A DNA stretch of 64,000 nucleotides from an uncultured delta proteobacterium (GTDB lineage: Bacteria; Desulfobacterota; Binatia; UBA9968), in contig CAVSLC010000009.1 in NCBI GenBank assembly GCA_963728565.1, positions 32,001-96,000 on the forward strand. The letters run 5' to 3'. The notes beneath the pieces are model-generated. The model saw nothing but the letters and a program-made list of their open reading frames with translations. It was not told where the DNA came from and did not search any database. Each line of letters opens with the position of its first letter. Positions within the stretch are counted from its first letter, which is position 1. Below are positions 58,678 to 64,000 of this stretch, piece after piece. The position numbers and the translations under genes were made by a program.

Positions 58678-59730
58678 GTGAGAACCGCCATGCTCGATGG
58701 TAAATTGAGAATTGCTCCTACTTGTTATCATATGTTGCATCAAGTTCCGGTGATGACGGCGCATGAGATGAATTTCTTCTACGACGAAGGCCTGATGACG
58801 CCGCATGGAACCCTGGGGTACGAGATCTTAACCGAATCGATGGTGCCGTTCGGGCTTGAAAAGCTCGGCATCTCGCAAGCGATGAAGGAAAAATCCATCG
58901 ACATCGCACTGGACGTTCAGTCGCGCACAGTTTTCTATCAACGGGCGCGCGGCGCCGATCTGTACATCTTGTGCGGCTGGCGCAACCAGCATACCAACGT
59001 GTGGATCGCGCCGCCGCATATCAGGACGCTACAAGAGTTGAAAGGCAAGCGGGTCGGGATCAGCGACTTCAATAGCATTCGCCACTGGGCAATCCAGATC
59101 CAGTTGAAGAAGGCCGGATTGGATCTGGAGCGCGATATCGAGTGGGTGAGGCTCGGCGTGAATTCGCGATTCCACGTTGATGCCATCCGCAATGGCAAAG
59201 TCGAATGCGCGCCGGTGCCGCCTTGGAGCGCCGAAGATCTCAAAAAAGAGGGCTGCAATGCGCTGGTTTCGCCGGCGGATCAGTATCCCAACGGGCGTCC
59301 CGAACGCATCATCGCTGTCACCGGCCGAGTTCTCGAAGAGCGGCCAGACCTGGTCAAGAGTTTTCTGCGGGGAATTATCCGCAGCTACTGGTTTATTCGA
59401 GACATGCCGAAAAATTATGAATACGTAAATAATTTGGAAAAGCGGCTGCGGCTCAAGAGTGCGGATCCGGAAGAACGGATCGTGACGCATCTCCGAACTC
59501 CGCGGGATCTGGAAGCAATGCCGTTTCCCCTGAACGGCCGGGCGACAGGCTTCGAAGATATGCTCAAAGAAGAAGAACGGCTCGGCGAGCTGAATTACCA
59601 GGTTCCGCCGATCCAAGAGGTGGCGGCGCAGGATCTGGTTGATGAGGCGTATGAAGAATTGCGCGGACGAAAAGAGCTCGCGGACGAGTATGAGCGAGTC
59701 AGTAAAGTCGAGCAGCGCTGGGGGTATTAA
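58678..59730 (+). CDS. NMT1/THI5-like PBP2-fold protein without a signal peptide
   Basis: IRTLQELKGKRVGIS..GLD..RD motif; no hydrophobic leader. Confidence 0.78.
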   Translation: MRTAMLDGKLRIAPTCYHMLHQVPVMTAHEMNFFYDEGLMTPHGTLGYEILTESMVPFGLEKLGISQAMKEKSIDIALDVQSRTVFYQRARGADLYILCGWRNQHTNVWIAPPHIRTLQELKGKRVGISDFNSIRHWAIQIQLKKAGLDLERDIEWVRLGVNSRFHVDAIRNGKVECAPVPPWSAEDLKKEGCNALVSPADQYPNGRPERIIAVTGRVLEERPDLVKSFLRGIIRSYWFIRDMPKNYEYVNNLEKRLRLKSADPEERIVTHLRTPRDLEAMPFPLNGRATGFEDMLKEEERLGELNYQVPPIQEVAAQDLVDEAYEELRGRKELADEYERVSKVEQRWGY

Positions 59731-59934
59731 CCAAGATCGAAGCTTTAGCGCCGTTGCAATAGTTCCAAGCGTACAATCGTTCAACTCGTTAACTCGCCAA
59801 CGTGCAGAGTTTTGGATCTTCGGGACGGCATAATCTTATAAGGAGCCGGTAACGAGTGAAACACATGAAGATCAGGACAACCTCTAATAGAGAAGGCGCG
59901 CTCGTATCGAACAACGATCGGTCTGTACGTAACG

Positions 59935-60933
59935 GTGGTCGCGCTTGCAGTGGCTTTGCCTTTGCAGGCGCAGACGTCCAAGAACTTCTACGAGGGCAAG
60001 ACTATCACATTTCTGGTCGGCTCTTCGGCGGGCGGCGGTACCGATCTGACCGCGCGTGTGATCGCTCGGCATATCGAACGTTACATTCCGGGCAAACCGC
60101 GCATCGATGTCGCCAACAAGCCGGGCGCAGGCGGCATGATCGCCGCCAATGAGCTCTATAACTTGAAAAAGCCCGATGGCCTGAGCATCAGCACGCTCAA
60201 TACCGGGAGCCTGTTCGCTACCGCCACCGGCAATGAAGCGATCAAATTCGACTTGCAAAAGTTTATCTGGGTCGGCCAGGCATTCGATGACGCGCAGGTG
60301 CTCTATCTCAAAACTTCGACGCCGTATACGAGTTTTGATGCGATTCGGAAGGTCAATCGCGCAGGAAAACAGCCCAAGATGGGCGCCCAAGCGCTCGATC
60401 ACACCAGTAATGTCGTGGTCAAGATCGCCGAACAAATCTTTGGTCTCGACTTCCAAGTCATCCCGGGATATCCGGGCACGCCGCAGATACTGCTCGACAT
60501 CGAACGCGGCGCCCTTGACGGCCGTGCCCAGGGAATCGGCTCTTTGATGGCGACCCGACGCGATTGGATCAAAAATGGCTACATCAAGATTTTGGCGACT
60601 TCAAAGAAGCGCCGCGACCCGCGCATTCCGGATATAGCGACGATGGAGGAGCTAGCGCCGGCGGGTAGCAAAGGCTTGTTGCAGGCATTGTACGCCGGGC
60701 AGAATCTCGCGCGCTCCGTGGTCTTGCCGCCGGGAGTGCCCGCTGATCGCGTGAAAATCCTGCGCGACGCTTTTGCCTCCATGACCCAAGACGAACATTT
60801 TCTAAAGGAATCTGAAAAGTTGGGTTTGGAAGTAGATTTGATACGCGGCGAGGACATGAACCGCGATATCGAAGGCACACTGGGCGATAAACGGCTGATG
60901 GATCTATATCGGACGATCGCAACGGCGAAGTAA
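59935..60933 (+). CDS. TctC/Bug-like binding protein (true start probably near 59865)
   Basis: FYEGKTI..VG.SAGGG.D..AR, PGAGG, KPDGL and PPGVP.DR motifs. Confidence 0.88.
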   Translation: MVALAVALPLQAQTSKNFYEGKTITFLVGSSAGGGTDLTARVIARHIERYIPGKPRIDVANKPGAGGMIAANELYNLKKPDGLSISTLNTGSLFATATGNEAIKFDLQKFIWVGQAFDDAQVLYLKTSTPYTSFDAIRKVNRAGKQPKMGAQALDHTSNVVVKIAEQIFGLDFQVIPGYPGTPQILLDIERGALDGRAQGIGSLMATRRDWIKNGYIKILATSKKRRDPRIPDIATMEELAPAGSKGLLQALYAGQNLARSVVLPPGVPADRVKILRDAFASMTQDEHFLKESEKLGLEVDLIRGEDMNRDIEGTLGDKRLMDLYRTIATAK

Positions 60934-61035
60934 ACAGTCGCAGCCTCCCCGGCCCGATCTCACTTCTTATTTTCTGCCGAACTCTGAGCCCTGATGTTCG
61001 CTGCTCGTATCTTAACCTTGCCTGCTTGTTGTTAG

Positions 61036-62480
61036 ATGTTATCCGTTGCTTTCCTCATCGACTTCGGCAGCACCTTCACCAAAGTCGTTGCCGTTGACCT
61101 CGATAAATCTCTGGTGGTGGGTAGGAGCCAGGCTCCCACCACCATCCACACCGACGTGCGTGAGGGATTGCTCCAGGCGCTCTCCGTACTCCACGAACGC
61201 CACTCACTATTTGCCCATCCACCCGAGAATCTAGACGTCTTGAGCGGGCACCTAGCTCTTGCTTCGAGCAGCGCCGCGGGCGGCTTGCGTATGGCGGTGA
61301 TCGGTCTCGTACCCGGTTTGACGCTGCTTGCGGCCAGCCAGGCAGCCCTGGGAGCCGGCGCCAAAGTGGTCGGCTCATTTGCTTTTAAGCTAGCCAGCAA
61401 AGCGATCGACGAAATCGTCCGGTTACGGGCGGATATCGTGCTTCTTACCGGCGGCACCGACCGCGGAGATAGCGCAACGATTCTGCACAACGCCCGCCTG
61501 CTTGCGAACTCTTCAGTATCCGTGCCGATCATCGTCGCCGGAAACCAAGCAGTCCGGCGCGCAAGTATGCGAGATTTTACAAGCCGGCGGCAAAGAAGTT
61601 CGTCTGACCGGCAATGTGATGCCGAGTTCCGGACGTAATCGCAGTAGATTCCACGCGCGATGAGATACGCAAACTGTTCATCGAGCGAATCACGCATGCA
61701 CGGGGAATGTCGGCGATCACTGAACTCGTTTCAGTTGTGCTGCCGACGCCTATGGCGGTGCTCAACGGGGTGAGGCTCGGCGCCGTTGGAACCGATCAAG
61801 AAGAAGGCTGGGGCGAAATGGTCGTGGTTGACGTTGGTGGCGCGACGACGGATGTGCACTCGATCGGCTACGGCTATCCCGCCGGTGAAAATGTCATAAC
61901 CCAAGGACTCCCGGAGCCGTACGCCAAGAGAACCGTGGAAGGGGATCTGGGCATTCGTTTTAACGCCGCCACTCTTCTGGAGCAGGTCGGTCCGGATCGC
62001 TTCGATGCGGAATGGCGCTCGATGTTTCCTCCGTTACAAGTCTCGCGCGATGAGATCGGCCGCTACATCAACGAGATTAGCGAAAAAACTGCTCGTATTC
62101 CCGAGGAAAAGTGGCACGCGATTGCCGACGCTGTATTGGCGCGCCTCGCCGTAGATATTGCTCTGGAGCGTCATGTGGGCAAACGAGAAAGGATTGTGAC
62201 TTCCGCGGGTGAGGCCTGGGTACACTACGGCAAAGACTTGCGCAGTACGCCACGGCTCATCGCAACTGGCGGCGTATTCGTACACAACCCTTATGGTCCA
62301 ATGATCGTGCGCGGTTCCGGGAAAGGGCAGCTTGATGCGACGGTCCTCCGTCCGGAGCGCCCGCAGGTCTATTTGGATACCTCCTATATTCTCTATGCGA
62401 TTGGGTTGCTTGGTGAGGATAGTCCGGACCTGGCGGTTCGGCTCTTTAAGACGTCTATGACTCCAGTCGCGGACAAGTGA
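61036..62480 (+). CDS. glmL: GlmL/MutL-like glutamate-mutase reactivase (ASKHA fold), frameshift at about 61555
   Basis: IDFGSTFTK, SSAAGGLRM, AALGAGAKV, GGTD.G, PTP.AV, DVGGATTDVHS and KRTVEGDLG motifs. Confidence 0.85.
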
Positions 62481-62624
62481 GGTTATTTTTCAGCAGGTAC
62501 GAAGGGCAATACGTCGAGTTGGGCAGATCCGTATTCGTAAAGCTTCGATCGAATCTGGTGGTGCGATGACAGTGGGTATTTGCTTAATCCTGTATCGGCG
62601 AACAGTGCGTTCGTTAGGATGGTC

Positions 62625-64000
62625 TTAATTCACACCGGAAACGACATTCCCATTCGGTGGCCGCTTATCTTTGGTTGGCCGTTCAAAAAAAGCATCTTCG
62701 CGATGAACATAACCGCGAATTGTCTTGCCTTCGAAAACCGCCTGTACCTGAAGATAGTCTCCTTTGGCGCTGACTACCTTTATCCGTGTCGACGGTTCGA
62801 GCGTAGCTATAATCTTGGCGTCTGCCCGAGGGCTACCGCGGACAAACGATGATTGTCCAACAACTTCAAAGGTTCCCAAACGCGAATCTCTCTTCTTGGG
62901 CGAGCTTTCTTGCGGTGGGGGTTGCTCGGAGTTGGGCGCAGAGGACGGTGCAGCATGATCTTTCGGAAGATCCTCCGGCTTCGCGCGCACCGCGGTTACG
63001 CCTTCGCGCAGGGCCAAAGAAAGCTCTGGCTCGCTGGTTCGTAACCTCACTGGACGATTTTGATATTCAGCAAGCGTTGCCGCCGGACGATTGTCTGAGT
63101 GGCGGCACTTGCCCGAGATACCCTTTAATCTGCTGAGAATACAAGGCTCCGCCGGCACCACCAAGGGCAAGCAAAGCCAGGACTAAGCCCATGGGTACCC
63201 ATGCTAAACTTCTGCGCCGGGGCGGTTGCATAGCAGCGGTAGGACTGGACGATGTAGCCGGGGAGGTTTGAAGGGCGGAGTGGCGTATGTCCGGTGCGGT
63301 GAAAGCAACGCCACGGTTTGGCTCGGGACGATTTGCTAATCCAAGGTCGCGCGCAGCCTCTTGAACTATTTCAGTCGTGACTGTTTTCTTGCCGTCGGCA
63401 TAGGCAAGAAGTAGTGCGTTATCGCAGATAATGTTAATCAATCGAGGAATACCGCCGGAAAACAAGCTGATATCCGCAAGTATCTCCGCATCGAATAAAT
63501 CTTTACCGCGAAATCCTGCGCCACGAACTCTGAAGGTAATATAACGACTTACCTCGTCATTGGTGAGAGGAGTAAGGCGGCTGTGAATGACGATGCGTTG
63601 CTTGAGGTGGTGTAGTTTCGGCTGGTTCAGTCGGATTTGAAGCTCAGGTTGGCCGGTCAATACGATCTGTAGTAATTTTTCGCCGCCATATTGAAAGTTT
63701 GAAAGAAAACGAATCGATTCGAATGTCTCATCGCTCAAGTTCTGCGCTTCATCGATCAGTAGCGCAACGATGCGGCGCCTACGAAACTGTGCGATCAGAG
63801 TAGTGGCGAAGCTGCTCGATGCTCGAAACCCGGTCCTGAGGATCGCTCACCAGACCCAGCTCACGGGAAACTAGCTGGATCAGCTCGGTTGAATTGAGTT
63901 GATCGTAAGAGATGAAGATAACCTGAATGGTCGAGCCCAAATCGCGAATAATCTTATCGAGCAGGGTGGTCTTTCCTGTGCCGACGTCGCCGGTCAGCAG
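62625..64000 (-). CDS. ExeA/GspA-type AAA ATPase with TM helix and C-terminal SH3-like domain (5' end outside the window; frameshifts)
   Basis: Walker A GDVGTGKT, IDEAQNL, LQIVLTGQPEL and SGGIPRLINIICDNALL motifs; the C-terminal piece reads VR..P....IIA.L...T...V..GYVH. Confidence 0.85.

Overview
GC-rich bacterial chromosome segment. The many orphan NMT1/TctC-type binding proteins, class III CoA-transferases, ExeA, tRNA-Arg(UCG) and sigma-54 motifs suggest a deltaproteobacterial-type lineage such as Ca. Binatia (inference). From left to right: (1) a minus-strand cluster coupling a UbiD decarboxylase to a molybdo-flavoenzyme set with two large, two 2Fe-2S and one FAD subunit; (2) cysS, a LysM protein gene and tRNA-Arg(UCG); (3) a 15.8 kb decayed island inserted at the tRNA anticodon loop, flanked by a 1.26 kb diverged direct repeat that holds a likely tyrosine-integrase C-terminal remnant and arm-like TTGTCTCC boxes, with cargo including Ku, receiver proteins, a double 7-bladed propeller protein, an S1/P1 nuclease pseudogene, an antiporter and several tiny membrane peptides; (4) a second accessory stretch to about 31 kb; (5) catabolic, transport and stress genes (ThDP enzymes, a PuuE-like/ThDP/SDR/TTT operon, a CoA-transferase pair with a crotonase, GST, Prx6, Hsp20, AlkB-like, creatininase-like, MltD-like, GlmL-like, ExeA). 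Single-base frameshifts in many otherwise intact genes and a 78-bp AT-rich insert point to uncorrected sequencing indels, so pseudogene calls are provisional. All family assignments come from motif recognition, not database searches.
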